In this document: one piece after another, positions 34,505 to 48,618 of the stretch
Position numbering within the stretch: position 1 is the first letter of the stretch
Layout of the letters: every line of letters begins with the position of its first letter
Position numbers and translations under genes: made by a program
NCBI RefSeq assembly: GCF_009914755.1
Contig: NC_060928.1
From: the human T2T-CHM13v2.0 reference genome, Homo sapiens
DNA: 64,000 bases
Direction: 5' to 3' (one strand)
The notes under the pieces: generated by a model
What the model was told of the DNA's origin: nothing
What the model saw: only the letters and a program-made list of their open reading frames with translations
The model's database searches: none

Positions 34505-35180
34505 TGAGGGAGGAACAAGGAAGAAACTCATCAAGCAGGCAGGCAGGGTGAGTCGTCAGTACAACTTCAACACAAGCAGCCTGAAAATCAAGCTGCAGTC
34601 CCCAGATAAGAAAGAGCCCATGTCCTTGAATTGCAACGCCTATTCTGTGAACCTAGATGAACAAATGCCACTTCTCTTTTGGACACATTTTTCTCTCTTT
34701 GGCCAGCCTTTGTCTTGCTTCATGTGCCTCCTCCCGATTGGTCCTTACTTTTCATTGATTTTGTATATATTTAATACCTCTCTTCCTGTGATTGGTCCTG
34801 GGCCAAGGTCCAGGGCCAACGTTCCAGGCCAAGCCTTCACCTCTGCCTCCAACTTGTTCTTTTCACTATCATGTCTTTTTCTGAGTGATGTTTTTTCCAA
34901 GATGGCATAGAGACCAGTAAGCACATTCCTCCCACTCCCCAGACCACTAAACCTCGGGCACTTGGCCCCACAGCAGCAGCCCTTGTTCTGGTCCCCTCTC
35001 CTTGCTGAAAACTTTTCTCTCACTTAAGAAATCTGACTCTGCCTGACTCACTATCTGGTGTCCACATGCCTTATTCTTCTTGGTCGTGGAACGAGAACCC
35101 CCGAGCTCGCCAGCAGTGCCAGTGAAAAAGCTGTAACACTCCCTCCCACTCGGGACAACAGGAGTGAAAAACCTGCAACA
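34505..35180 (+). mobile_element. MER61-family (ERV1) solo LTR
   Basis: TG...CA termini; CAGCCTGAAAATCAAGCTGCAG..CAGATAAG signature; perfect 4-bp TSD TAAT at 34501-34504 and 35181-35184. Confidence 0.8.
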
Positions 35181-35279
35181 TAATCAGAGTTCATCTTTGG
35201 AGCCAGTGATAGGCTTCGATTTCCTCAAATCATCAGTGCTATTAGTGCTATTAAACCCTTAGAAAACTATATGGTTAAC

Positions 35280-35410
35280 TTACATTAAGTAGTCCATACA
35301 ATAAAACATTTCTGAGTGTCTATTATGAGCAAAGCTCTCTACTAGAAACTGAGGATATAATATACTAAACAGCAAAATTGACATGGTCATTGCCCCCATG
35401 GAGATTACTG
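35280..35410 (-). mobile_element. L2 3' fragment
   Basis: CATTTCTGAGTGTCTATTATGAGCAAAG...CTGAGGATATAA...GACATGGTCATTGCCCCCATGGAG. Confidence 0.55.
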
Positions 35411-35459
35411 CCTTTTGCTAATAACTGCCAATTACAATTGTCACAGTGTAGGTCTGTAT

Positions 35460-35640
35460 GCCATGTGCTTTATAAATTCTCCTCAATTTCAACCACATTT
35501 CCATGAAAAGGATATTATTTTAATCTTCATGTTAAAATGAGGAAAGTTAATTTCACTAGCTTTAGGTAAAATGCACAAGACTGCACAGTTATTAATTGAA
35601 TGGGCCAGGTTTCTAATCCACTAAGTCTCATTCTGCTGCC
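35460..35640 (-). mobile_element. MIR
   Basis: ATTATTTTAATCTTCATGTTAAAATGAGGAAA...GCACAAGACTGCACAGTTA, a degenerate MIR core. Confidence 0.5.
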
Positions 35641-38569
35641 TGAATATAGAACTTATCAGTGCTATCTACCCTTATTTATCACATATATTTCAAACTTCAT
35701 ATACCCTTAAAAAGAGCTGTTATCTTTGGGATTGTCCATTTTTTCTCTATAGTCCATTCATACTACATGCATATTAAATGAACAGTTGCTTAGAGTTGCA
35801 TAGGTGTTGTACCCAGTTTGTGTTTACCAGAAATCTGGATATGTTCAATATTATGTTTATGTATATTATGTTATTTAAATGAGAATTGAATGAGTTGCAT
35901 CTGTGTTGTAGTAGAAAGAACATAGTTGCTGGAATCTCATGAACATGAGTTCATTTCCTGATATTTTTTCCTTATAACAGTTCAGTGGCCACAGACAATT
36001 CAATTAACATTTATAGATTGATTCCCAACTTTAGATAAAGAGATGTGAACAGTAATATATAGGTATTCTTCAACATTAAATTACCCCTTAAAAAATTTCT
36101 GTTCAATCTGGCACGCGACATTAAATAATTCTTACTTATGCTTCTGCGGCTTTTTCATTTTCTGTTTTGACAGTCTTGCTTTGGTTCAAACATTTGATTA
36201 ACAACATTTATATTTGCTTAATGAATGATAGATACTTCCCATGCTAGCACAGTAGTTTTGTAAGTCATTTTCTAGTTGACTTGGATTTGTAAACCAACTT
36301 TGAAGTGGGGATCCTTACCTAATCTAGAAATGGGGACTCAGGTCAGAGTGGGTCTGTCATAGTTGCTAGATAACATGATGACACTTCTTGGTAGAAAGTT
36401 GTCATGCAGCCACCATTATAGACTAACCAAAAATCAGAAATCTAGTTTATTTATATTATCATCTGACTTGGAGTCAGAAAGAAATATTTTAGACACATTA
36501 TTTATCATTTTGAGTCTGTATCTTCCACCATGAAATTTCAGGGAACAAGAATAATTAGCATTTCTCTTCACGTGGTATAGGTCAAATTATCTCACATGCA
36601 TAAAAAAACTTTATCAATTGTATAATAAAACAAATGGAAACTAGTGTGTTAGAATTTTCATCAACATTATTAATAAAACCTGAAATTATAGTACACTAAG
36701 AAGAAATAGCCATATGTAGGCAACAACATATCAGAGTATTATCAAGTTCCTGTAAAAAAGGAGCTTTATTACTTTGGACCTAATGTATTTCTGAAATAAA
36801 TAAAAGATATAAAAACTGTCATCTTGCTTAATACATAGTTTGCTTTTAAATTTATTTGACATTTCTCTATGATTTAACATTAAATTGAAAGAGTTATGTA
36901 TCATAAATATTTTAAGTGAAAGCTCACCTTTTTCAATGTGGCAAACAAAATAATATTTGAAAAAATATCCACGTAAACATAAGCCTTTTGTTGGCTGAAT
37001 ATGGAAAATATAATAGAAACCGATGATATCAAATTATAAATGTGTGTGTATGTATTTTTGATCTTTTAAAACGCTTCTCCTCTTATAGAAATCAGACATG
37101 AAATCAATTTCCAATATGACTTTAGACAAAGAGATATAAACGGTAATATACATTTTTTAATACCTGGGCCCAGATTAAAAAATTAAGTGCTTCAAGATTT
37201 CAGCTGTCACTTACTGCTCTCCACGAGGGTTTACATTTGTCATCTATGCTATACTGGAAGAAAAACTATTTTTCAACTACAAGTGACTACATATATGACA
37301 ACAAGATGAAATAAAATAGAAAAATACCATTTATGTTTAGAAAAAAATACACATTAAGTCTTTATGTTTTTAAATAGTCTGTCCAGGTTAATAATTGTGA
37401 TAGTGACTGATATATTCTCAAAATTCTTCAGAATTTTGTTGTCCTGGAAACTTTGCTCATAATCTTGCAAAAATATATAAAAACATATATAAAGCTTGTA
37501 ATATTTAAGTATTTTGACACTCAAAAATAGTGTTTCATTTTAATTATACAATTTTTCATTGTATAGAATAATTAGGTTCCAAACTTTCATTGACACACGT
37601 ATCATGGAGACAAATATTTCATCAACACAATGTTGGATCTAAGATGTTCAGTAATTGATAACATTCTTTCTCCCTATGAAGAAAATTTGGTATAAGTTAT
37701 ATTCCTAAGATTAGAGAGTGTGCATCAGCATCTAATGGTATTTGAAGAAAATTTATTTTATAGAAAGAAAAATTTAAATATAAATTAATATCATTTCAAA
37801 AACTCTTAAGATTTGGCTTAGATTTCATTTTATGGTAGTGAATTAAAGTAGCATGATTCATTCTTTTAAAAATTTTTGTGTTAATATTTATTTTGAAGAA
37901 CTGAGTTACTCTTGACTGAGGAAAAGGATGTTGTATTCATCAAATCTAGTAACAGATCTGCCCAACATGACATTAGTGGAATAGGTACCATTTCATTTAT
38001 GATTATATTTGAAAAATATAAATAATTCAATGAAAATTAAAATTACAAAGATAAATACCAAGTTTACAGAATCAGGCTGAGTCAACTAATTGTCATAAGT
38101 ACACTTTACCCAATGGCCACAAACATTTTTAAATACTTCATATATAGATTATATATGATGTATTTTATAATAAAAGCTTAGTTTGACCTATATTTGGGAA
38201 AATTTTAAGTATTTTGACATGGATTGCTGCCAATTTATCAAGTTTTGGATTTGAAGAAGTTGAACAATTTGGTACTATTTATGTGGGAGGTATATGTGTG
38301 TATACAGAAATTTGATATTTAAATAAAATTTTGTGTTGGAAATGTATTTATTTGAGTGCCTACTCTCTTTGGATTCATATATGAAGATATGTTAAAAATT
38401 TATACAATCTGAAATATTTAGAACCAGCTAGAATAACTGAAGAGATATTTCATAGTCTTTGGCTTATCATAATATCTTACCATAGTTAGTAGTAATCTGA
38501 AAACCAAACAGTTATTGTGGATCAAATGTATAGCTATGAACTAAATCGGATGTTAAAATTGAGGATTTT

Positions 38570-38871
38570 GGCTGGGCGTGGTGGCTCATGCCTATAATCC
38601 CAGCACTTTGGGAGGCTGAGGCGGGTGGACCACAAGGTCAGGAGTTCAAGACCAACCTGGCCAAGATGGTGAAACCCCATCTCTACTAAAAATACAAAAA
38701 TTAGCCAGGTGTGGTGGCATCTGCCTGTAATCCCAGCTCTTCGGGAGGCTGAGGCGGAGAATTGTTTAAACCCAGCAGGTGGATATTTCAGTGAGCCAAG
38801 ATTATGCCACTGCACTCCAGCCTGGGTGACAGAGCGAGACTCTGTCAAAACAAAAAAAAAAAACAAAAAAA
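38570..38871 (+). mobile_element. AluSg-like
   Basis: Full dimer; CACAAGGTCAGGAGTTCAAGACC; A-tail; weak TSD GAGGATTTT/AAGAATTTT. Confidence 0.92.
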
Positions 38872-39813
38872 GAATTTTTTTCGTTTAAGAATGGAGAATT
38901 TGTGAATTCTGGGTTTGTTGCATACCTCTGGCCAATGAAAACAATATTTCTTGATGCAGTAGAGTTATAAAGTTCATTTGTAAGAATTTTGTAATACTCT
39001 GAGATCCTTTTTTTGCCTACCTATGCCTATTTCTTCTTTGTAGATGCTAAAAATATAGTTTAGTTCTGAGTTCTTATTAGCAAATCATTTCAACTTTGTA
39101 AGGAAAACTGAATTCCTTAATGATTAGTAATGATTACTATGTCCTACAAAAAGAAATGCTTGGAAAAATAATTATATATTTAGCAGTAATATTCAACAGA
39201 GTTAAAGACCGGAGAAAAAATATTTTGCAAATCAAAAAAATTGTACTTTCATATGGGATATATGTTTTCCTGACTGATATGGCATTTAACAACAGGATGT
39301 ACCTTCAGAGAAATAGACATCTTTGCTCAAAAAATGTTGCTAAAAATGATAAATTTTGTTCAAATCTCTCAAAATCTTTCACACAATAATAACTCAAATT
39401 TGTTTCAATGATTTGTACTTTTAGTTTAAATGCACATTAAGAAATATTATAAAGTAACATAAAAGCAAAAACCAGGATTTTCTCTTTCACAAAACTATTG
39501 AGCTCTTGAAACTTAAAAAAAATAACAAAAGCAGAAACATAAAACCAAGTATCTTAGCATGAGTGTGTTTTAAACTACTTACTAAGTGACCTCTTCAATG
39601 TTGCTTAGCAGAACTATTATAATGAAAAAGAAAAAAACACATCTCTGCTACTAGTTACATTTTGATGTCTTCTAATGACGTACATTTTTTTCTGGTAAAA
39701 CAATGCCAGGAATATAGAATATTAAGTCTTTGATTCATCTTGTTTTGGATTCACATAAGCAGTCACTACATGGTTTCTTTGTCCACAGGCATATTAATTT
39801 CATGTTGTGTCTT

Positions 39814-40187
39814 TGATATGGTTTAGCTGTGTCTCCACCCAAATCTCATCTTGAATTGTAATCCCCATAATTTCCACATGTCAAGGGCGGGAACAGATGG
39901 AGGTAATTGGATCATTGGGGCATTTTCCCTCATGCTGTTCTCATGATAATGAACGAGTCTCATGATATCTGATGGTTTTATAAGCATCTGGCATTTCTCC
40001 TACTTGCACTCACTCTGTCCTGCCACCCTGGGAAGAAGGTGCCTGCTTCTCCTTTGCCTTCTGCCATGATTGTAAGTTTTCTGAGGCCTCCCCAGAAATG
40101 CAGAACTGAATTAATTAAACCTCTTTCCTTTATAAATTACCCAGTCTCAGGTATTTCTTCATAGCAGTGTGAGAACGAACTAATACA
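39814..40187 (+). mobile_element. THE1C/D solo LTR
   Basis: TGATATGGTTTAGCTGTGTC...GAACTAATACA; TSD GTCTT/GCCTT. Confidence 0.9.
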
Positions 40188-40361
40188 GCCTTACTCAAAG
40201 AATTGCCATGAAAGATCTGATTATACCTCCCTTTAAACAAGTCTAGGAGATAACTGCTTCACCCTTTAATGTGTTTTAACAGTGCACACATAGTAAAATG
40301 GGCATATAGCACCAAAGTTATATTTGAAATATACTTGCTCTAATTTAGAAATTTTTAAATA

Positions 40362-40642
40362 CAGCCATGTGTCACTTAATGATGGGAAAACTTTCTGAGA
40401 AATGCATTCTTAGGTGATTTCATTCTTGTGTGAACATCACAGAATAAATGTACTGACACAAACCTAGATAGTGCAGCCCACTACACAGGTAGGCTATATG
40501 GCATAGCATATTGCTCCTAGACTACAAACCTGTTACAGCATGTTCGGGCACTGAATACTGCAGGCAATTATAACAGAGTGGTAAGTATTTGTCTATCTAA
40601 ACATATCTAACCATAGAAAAGGTACAGAAAAAAATACTGCAT
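40362..40642 (+). mobile_element. Tigger3a (MER7A) DNA transposon, 3' part missing
   Basis: TA|CAGCCATG start; CACAAACCTAGAT...GGCTATATGG...CATAGAAAAGGTACAG. Confidence 0.85.
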
Positions 40643-40916
<274 letters not shown>

Positions 40917-41479
40917 TTACACCTTATATTTTAGTTCTCCTATACTATTAACAATAATGCAAATTTTAACTAAGTCTGTGATAATATAAATAATATAATT
41001 GCTAAAATAACATTGGCTTAAGCAAGGTGAAATGTATTTCACTCTCATAAAAGTACACACGTGCAGTGCAGTTCTACTCCATGATGTAACCCTGACTGTT
41101 TCCTTCTTCATATCACCTTCATATTCATATTCATAAGATGTTTCACTTTCTGTGTGAGGTGCAGAATAGCTTAAACTCATGTTTATATTCCAGTTTAAGT
41201 GAAGAGGGAAGTGAGAAGAAAAGGGTCTCCATTCTCTTTTTAAGGACATCATATCACTTAGACTCAGCTCCATTTGACCAGAATGATTAAACATAGCTTT
41301 AAGAGGGCCGAGGTTTGAGAACTTTATTTTGAGTAAGAATAAGTAACAGTAAAAATTACAATGCTTATTATCATGGTAATTGAGGTAATAACAATCCTAT
41401 CATCTGTCAAAAACAAACAAAAATGCTACATAAGCTACATTAGGTGTTTCATATTAATATAATTTAATAAAAAATTGAT

Positions 41480-44340
41480 GGGCATCAGTGATCTAAAAAG
41501 GTGTGAGAGACAGAGATGTAGAGAATAGAAATTTTAGCAAGCAGCTATCATTTTTATAACTGAGGGAACAAAAACAGAAGAGGTGCAGTTTCTAAAATCT
41601 AGGAGCATTGTTGAAGGGCCTCCTCCCCAGGAGATGTGTGCACTTGAAGAATTCACACTTTGGAGAACAGACTGTGACTATTGGAGAAGAGATCATTTAG
41701 GATAGAGCTAGAAGCTTGAAGGACCATTAGCTTAGAGAAATAGGAAGAAGTAGGAAGACAGTTGGAATGCAAAAGGAAAATAATACAATTTCTCCTGTCC
41801 TCCTAATAAGAAAACAATTGCAAAAGAACTTTGGAATGCAGAATCCTACAGTATATTACTGAAGAGTGGGCTGATTCTGACTAGCATATTCTGAAGGCAA
41901 AAATTACCTTATTCTCTTTCCAAAAATAAGAGAAACAATAGCTACTATATCCCTTTCCAGTTTTTATTAAATCTGATTTTTAATACAATCCCACTCTTGT
42001 ATATTCCATAATTTGAAGACTAACATTTGAAATTAACCACCACTACTAATCTGAAATCAGAGAAATAAAAAAGAAGGTAAGTATGTAGTAGATGGACAGA
42101 TAATAGATGGTAGGTAAATTAGATAGATAGATAGATAGATAGACAGATAGATAAATTGACAGATCATCAAGAGAGGGAGAAAATACACATAGTAATACTG
42201 TTTTGTTTGTGTTCATGGTAATAAAGCTACAGTTTGTTATAATAACTTTATTCTTCCACCAGTTATTCCATATTTTCTTTATTCTCATCTAGTACCTCAG
42301 CTGGTCAGGGTTCTATATCTGATAAGGTAATCAAAACTTTATTCCCCAATACTCTACATTCCCAAGTACCTCTGCCTTTGTAAGGTTACAGTATTTTTTT
42401 AATTAACTTATGTGGTTGATCATCAACTAATAAAATCCCTAAAAATACTTCCAAGTTTCAGATATTGTTCTCCCTGTTCTCACTGTGTGTCAGCAACCCA
42501 AAAAGTTCCCCCTCTGGCAATTGTGATCAGTTGTCATCCCAGCCAGTACAGATATTTACTTTTTTGACTAAATATTCAGTGGCATGTGTAGCTTCAAACT
42601 GCAAAGTTCTAGTGTTGTGTTCCCATTCAATGGAACCATTATTTCCTCTGTTAAAAACATTCCCTTTTTGGTAACCCTGAACTCTACACCAATCAATGAT
42701 AACCACAAATAATGTTTTACTAGGTGGAATTCAGGATTCTGACAAGTGGGAAAGATAGAGGGACAGGAAGCTTTTCTCAGAAGAGAGTAATTATCCACAG
42801 AAGGGAACATGACTTTACCCTAAAACCCTAAGCACTTGCACCATAATATTCTGAATGTGGCTTGGTAGTCACTCTGTAGAGTATCCTGTTTTACCATAAA
42901 TGCTTCAAGTACCACTGGATGTACTTAATTATAAAAACTAATAGGAAGAGTTGTCTAAATATCCTTCAGAGCATTTTCTTGCTTTAGGCCTCACTGAAAA
43001 CTGGAAATCTTATGAGCTTTTCAGTAAATAGGACAGACAAATACACACAAATTTGCATATGGTATCTCAATTTTCAATATGCTCAACACATTTGGCCTAT
43101 TTCTTGATTGTAAGGATTACAAGATTCAGAAACATATATATGTATATATTTACTTTAGAGTAATTATTCTGGCATGCCAGACACCACTGGAACCTGAGAA
43201 ACTTAATTGGCATTACAGGTTTTGGCAACTTCCTGAGTTTAACTCAGCTTACTGTGCACACATCTTAGAGAGGCATCTTTGAGCTCGTTACTTTCTGATC
43301 ATCAAATTCGGTCAACTTATGTCCTCAGTAAAGTGGACCAGAATAATAGTTTAATGTAATGTCAGCCTGACTATAATATGGCAAGAAGCAAGAATATTGA
43401 CACAGCCCCAAAGTGAGTGAAGTTGCACTTTTGTCTCAGCTAGTAAAAAGAAAATGCTTCTGCTGTTCTTTGCAATAGTTACATAGAAATGTGTCCTGGT
43501 GTTCGGTGCTATAATACATTTCACCTGCAACTGAAGTCACCATCTAATTAAGTTTATTATAATTAATAATTCTTATCTATGATTCAGCAAACTTTTGTCC
43601 AAGCCAAAGAGGCAGAAAATGGGAAAGGAGAGATGCCATCCTTCCATTTCCAAGTCTTTGATTGCGCCAGTGATCTCTGAAATTCCACGAAGATAATATA
43701 TTATGAATAGCTCATTATTCTGGTAGGGAGAAATTCCTGGAATTTACATTGACCCTTCCTCAAATAATAGTCTCACTCCATGGGTAAAGGGGATGATGCA
43801 GAGATTTCACCATTTGTTGAGCAGGCCTGTGGTAGTTATACAATTAGGTACTGGGAAAATAACCCAAAAATATATGTGTAGGCCCTCTGAACTTGATGTG
43901 AGACAGCTCACAGTAAAACTCCATATATCATTTGACCTCCAGAGGATCACATCATAATCTTGGATCGCAGTGGAGTTTTGGAACCTAGGATTTAGTGTAA
44001 ATTCTTGAAATACAAGAATATTTTCTCTTTCCTCTACACACAGTCATCTCACAAACTGACCATGGGTTTATTTAAATATAGCTGATAATAGGTTAAAGAA
44101 AATGATGTCACATATTAGTCAAAGTCCAAAGGAGGAAAAGTGAGGAGGGAAGAAGAAAAGTATCTCTTTTTCTATCTTCTAATCTCCTTGTACTGCCTTC
44201 CACTGGCAAAAATTAACAGCTAGGGTAGGTTGCCAAGGAGCTTCAGAAATCCAACTTGCATACACCCAGCTCCAGATTTACAGAGCAGCACATAGATAGA
44301 TAGGCTAGGGACGGAGATACAATAAAAACATAACCAGCAA
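41480..44340 (-). mobile_element. Possible ancient ERVL/MaLR internal sequence with degenerate LTR-like flanks
   Basis: Motifs such as AGTACCTCAGCTGGTCAGGGTTC and CAGCAACCCAA resemble old MLT-int/ERVL-int; highly diverged. Confidence 0.35.
42118..42153. repeat. (GATA)n tetranucleotide repeat
   Basis: AGATAGATAGATAGATAGATAGACAGATAGATA. Confidence 0.9.
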
Positions 44341-44920
44341 TGCTAAGCAACTAGCTATTTCTGTCATAATGAGAAATTAATAGCATAAACCTTAATTATA
44401 TAACTGAGAAACCATTTATTTTTATATATTTAAATATTTGCATCCAAACAACTTTCTTGCACCATTCTTGCAGAATATATTAGGTATTAATTGATAGGTA
44501 ACATACTACTCAAAATTTAATGGCGTAAAATCATTGCTTATGTATAAGCTATGCTTGTTTTTAAGCTTCAGTTGGACTGACTTACCTGTTTTTGATGAAC
44601 TGCAGATTGGGTAGGTAGCTCTAAATATATTGGCTCGGTCTCATATCTAGAGCCACTGGGACAACTGGGCTTTCTTCCACATAGTCTATGAATGTTTATC
44701 TAGCTAGAACAGGCAAGAAATGGCGGTGGTTTATTTCTAAGTGAGTGAACCAAATCATTCATGATTTTATGATGATTAGGCTGGACACTGGCAAATAATC
44801 CCTTTCTCTACATAGTCTTGGTCTAGCAAAGTAAAACCAGAACTGATAAATAAAGGGTTAAAAAAATAAACTCTACTTCTTAATACAAGAAGCTGAAAGA
44901 CATGATGTAAAAAAAAGCAC

Positions 44921-45363
44921 TGTAGCAATCAGCTTCCATTAACTCCATTGCTTGGTATATATGACTTTATCTATTCTCCTACATTGTATCAGAGTTAGTC
45001 TCTAGGACAAATGGCATGTGGCAAAAGTGATGATATGTTACTTTAGAGACTAAATCTTAAAAGATGGTCTAGCTATCGCCTTGCCCTCTCTCTCTGATTA
45101 TTTGCTCGGAGTCAGATGTGGTGAGGAAATGAGTTGTACTGCCAACAGTGCTCAGAAGAAGATTCTCAACCAAGTTAAGTATTCAGCAATGGCAGCTCTG
45201 GCCGATATTTCAACTGCAATCTTGTGAGATGCCATGAGCCAGATTTATACAATTAAGCTTTTCACAGACTGCAGAAGCTCAGGAAACATTTGACATAATG
45301 TGTGTTGCTTTAAGCTGCTAAGGTTTGGGATAATTTGTTACATAGTAATATATAACTAATCCA
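44921..45363 (+). mobile_element. MLT1F-like LTR
   Basis: TGTGGCAAAAGTGATG...TTTAAGCTGCTAAGGTTTGGGATAATTTGTTACATAGTAATATATAACTAAT. Confidence 0.75.
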
Positions 45364-46169
45364 GGTGTGAATACGAGAAGATAGCTACTTTTGGCAAACA
45401 AGCTGAGATACAGAACTTTGAGAGATGTAATTCACCTTTTGAAAATGAATTCAGGTATTATTAATCTTGTTGTATAACTTACCAGTATAGCTTATCTGCA
45501 ACAAATAGACCTCTAAGTTCTTCTAATTCAATTTCCTGAATGCATCATAGTTTAGCTCATTGGATGCCTTTTCCAAAGCAACAAAAAATTTTAAGGAAAA
45601 ATTTGGTTCCATATCAATGAAGAAAATATTATCACGATCTAGAAATAAGCAGCTTGAGGAATGGGCGAAATATCAAAATTTGAGCAAATGTTAAAGGACT
45701 TTGAGATAAAGTATAATGACTAAATAATACTGTTTTTTGAAGAGGCTGATGTAGAGACTTAACATATAGCCCTATGGCAAAAATAAAAGGACTAAGAGTT
45801 ATTAAACTTTTCTTATGTATCAAGTGCTTTTTTAAAGATTAGTCTAAATCTAACAACAGAAATCTTATGTGTTATATTACAGATATGAACACTGAAATTC
45901 AGAAATAGTAGTTATAGCACTAATCCAAGGGCTTTCTAAGTAATACTAAAATTCATAAGCATTACAGGAAAAAAAGACTTTATTTGATAACAGCTTGATG
46001 AAACAAATACAAAGAAACTCAAAAGGAAAAAGCCAAAATACATATGACAAGCTGGGATATAAAAGAATGGAATATCTTTGAGATAAAAACTCCAGCTTTC
46101 TTAATATACAAAGAGATTTTACACAGCATTTTTTTAAAAAAATCATGAAACCCCAAACTAATATCTTAT

Positions 46170-46430
46170 TACAAAAATATGTAAGTGGCTTATAAGTATA
46201 TGAAATGAGTTTTCGAGAGGAAAAATGCAAATCAAATAATAAAATATTGTCATCTATAAGATTTTTAAGAATTAAAATTTATCAGTGTTGGCAATGAGGA
46301 AAATTCAAGCACTACAATACCCTGTAGAATAGTGTAAATTGGTAAGTATTTTCTAAACAGCAATTTTTGTATATTTGTAGTTTAAATGCATACAATATGG
46401 TGTTGAACAAAACATACTACTTGTCAGAAA
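46170..46430 (+). mobile_element. Old L1M ORF2 3' fragment
   Basis: AAAATGCAAATCAAA...AGTGTTGGCAATGAGG...AGTGTAAATTGGTA. Confidence 0.5.
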
Positions 46431-48618
46431 TTTAAATAAGTCTCCAATATGAAACCAAAATTCTAAATAATTCAATTGTAAAGAGAATATGAAGTGCTTC
46501 CCAAAAGAGGCATTTTTATCTGAATAATTTTCATGGTTTGATAATTTGCCAACCTTCCTTTCTACCTTCTAGAGTTGGGAGTAAAATGGAACAACTTGGT
46601 AAAGTTAACAGGGTAAATAGCTTTTGAAAAATGTGCATGTTCATTGAGAATATGCAAATTTATCCCAGGCAGAATGGATCCGCCACCTCTGCAGGTGGCT
46701 GAATTAATGCCATTTAATTTGAAAGAGGACAGTGTTCTGCCAGTGTCAGGAGTAGAGGAGAGGAGAATGAGGTTTAAAAAGAGCTTGATGTCCCACATAA
46801 GATGACTATAGGGTGGAGAAGCACCAGAGTCTCTGAAAAATCAATATGTGTTTTCCACAATAGAGTCTATTTACATAAAAAATACAAGGGCAGGCAGCTT
46901 GTCCTTATTCATATCTCAATAAAAATAGAATTATAATTCGGTTCAGTTAGGTAAAACATAGTTACCCTTTTTTATTAGTCCCTATTCTACTTTTCTTCAG
47001 TAACCCCAGAGGAGTTGGAACCTGGACAGGGATTGTCTGTATGTACACATGAACACACTGACCTTTTTGGTCCCAACGTATCTCTAGCATGTATTTGGAA
47101 AATAGCTTTGCATTAGCTTAACATTTTTAAGTTAGGATGTACTAATTATTGCTAGCTAAAAAAAAAAAAACAAAAGATATGCTCATGATATCAGTAAGCT
47201 ATAATAGGGATGATTCAACATCACACAGTTGAGAACACTGACTATAAAAGAAAAACACCTTCATATGTAATCCTAGCAATTTGAGCACTTTAATAATCCA
47301 TACTTTAAAAAATGCTACCAGCTACGTGTGTATTGATTTTCTCACTGCAGCACTGTCTGCAATAGAGAAAAATGGGAAGCAAACAAGATACACAGTCATA
47401 GTAACTTTGAACCTCATTTATCCTGGTGACATATTTGCATACTCTAAAAACAGACTTAATTTGGAAAAAGAGAAAAAATTACTGTCATTCACTCCCAGAA
47501 TTTTTATTATAATTTCCCTTGTGTTACTCATAAAATGATTGGCATAATAATAAGAAAAACCTACCAATGGTTTCTTCATTGTCTGGAATATTAGAATCAG
47601 TATATAGTCTACTCATGTTAACAGTTTGACAAAACAACATGTTTATTTTTGCTATTGAGGTTATCATATGTCTTGAAACTTAAATCATCCTCATCTCTTT
47701 ACATTCAATAATTTTCAAACAAATCTTTATAAGCTTTTCTTTTGTTTAAACAAAAATGTCTTCAAAGTTTGAGTCATCACTTAGGGACACTGAAAATATT
47801 TCAAAAACAGATATACCAAAGGTTTATTTTTATGCTTAAGCTTTACATTTAAAAATTTACAAACCGAATGCCCTAATAAGATATAAAATACTGTGTTCCA
47901 TTCCACTTTTTCATCCCCCCACAACACACACACACAAAAAACAGAAAGAAACCAAACCCCACAAATAATTGTTTTTTAATTTTTCTTAAACATCCACTAA
48001 TCCCAAATTTTTACAAGTATGTGGCTACAGCTCAACCCATGAAGCAAAGCTTATTTAGAGAGTATCGACTGTTTTAATTACTAATGGTATCAATGTTTGT
48101 ATAAAAAGAGAAAGATAAATTGAGTTTAAGAGAGGTATAATGCTACCACAACTTTATAAGTAAAGGTAATTGGAATCAGGCACTGATACTTTTTTTCATA
48201 AAAGTCTTCAGAGAAGTTATAGAGGGTAGCCCTGTCTGTTTTCTGTCCTATTTCTTATTATCAATATTTATTAATGCAAATGTCATTTACCAAAGCTTGA
48301 TAAACTGAGCTCTAAACTTTTGTTTCTTTCCTTTCAGTGAGGAACTCTGACAATAGGACCTAAAGGTCTCATACTATTCATATGTCTTTGCTTCTGATGT
48401 TTGCTGACTGGCAGCAGTGTATCCCTAGATCACATCTACCTGCCTAAGTCCCAGGCACAACCTGTTAATAGCACTTCCTACAAATTGAACAGGCTGTGGA
48501 CCTCTTTAAGATTTTAAATAAAATGCATCTGTGAAGCACTGATTCACTTTGGCAACTGAAAACCAAGCCTTCAATTCTGTAATTCATTTCTTGAAAGAGA
48601 ATATTGATTTGCAAAACT

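Noticed and set aside
35121-35180. Duplicated LTR terminus GTGAAAAAGCTGTAACA / GTGAAAAACCTGCAACA
   Set aside because: Repeated terminal units are, as I recall, typical of MER61/MER52/LTR1-type LTRs; the TSD confirms a single element
38138-38160. TCATATATA-GAT-TATATATGA palindrome
   Set aside because: Low-complexity TA run that is self-complementary by composition
37504-38219. Exact 16-mer TTTAAGTATTTTGACA repeated 700 bp apart
   Set aside because: AT-rich with no flanking homology; compatible with chance
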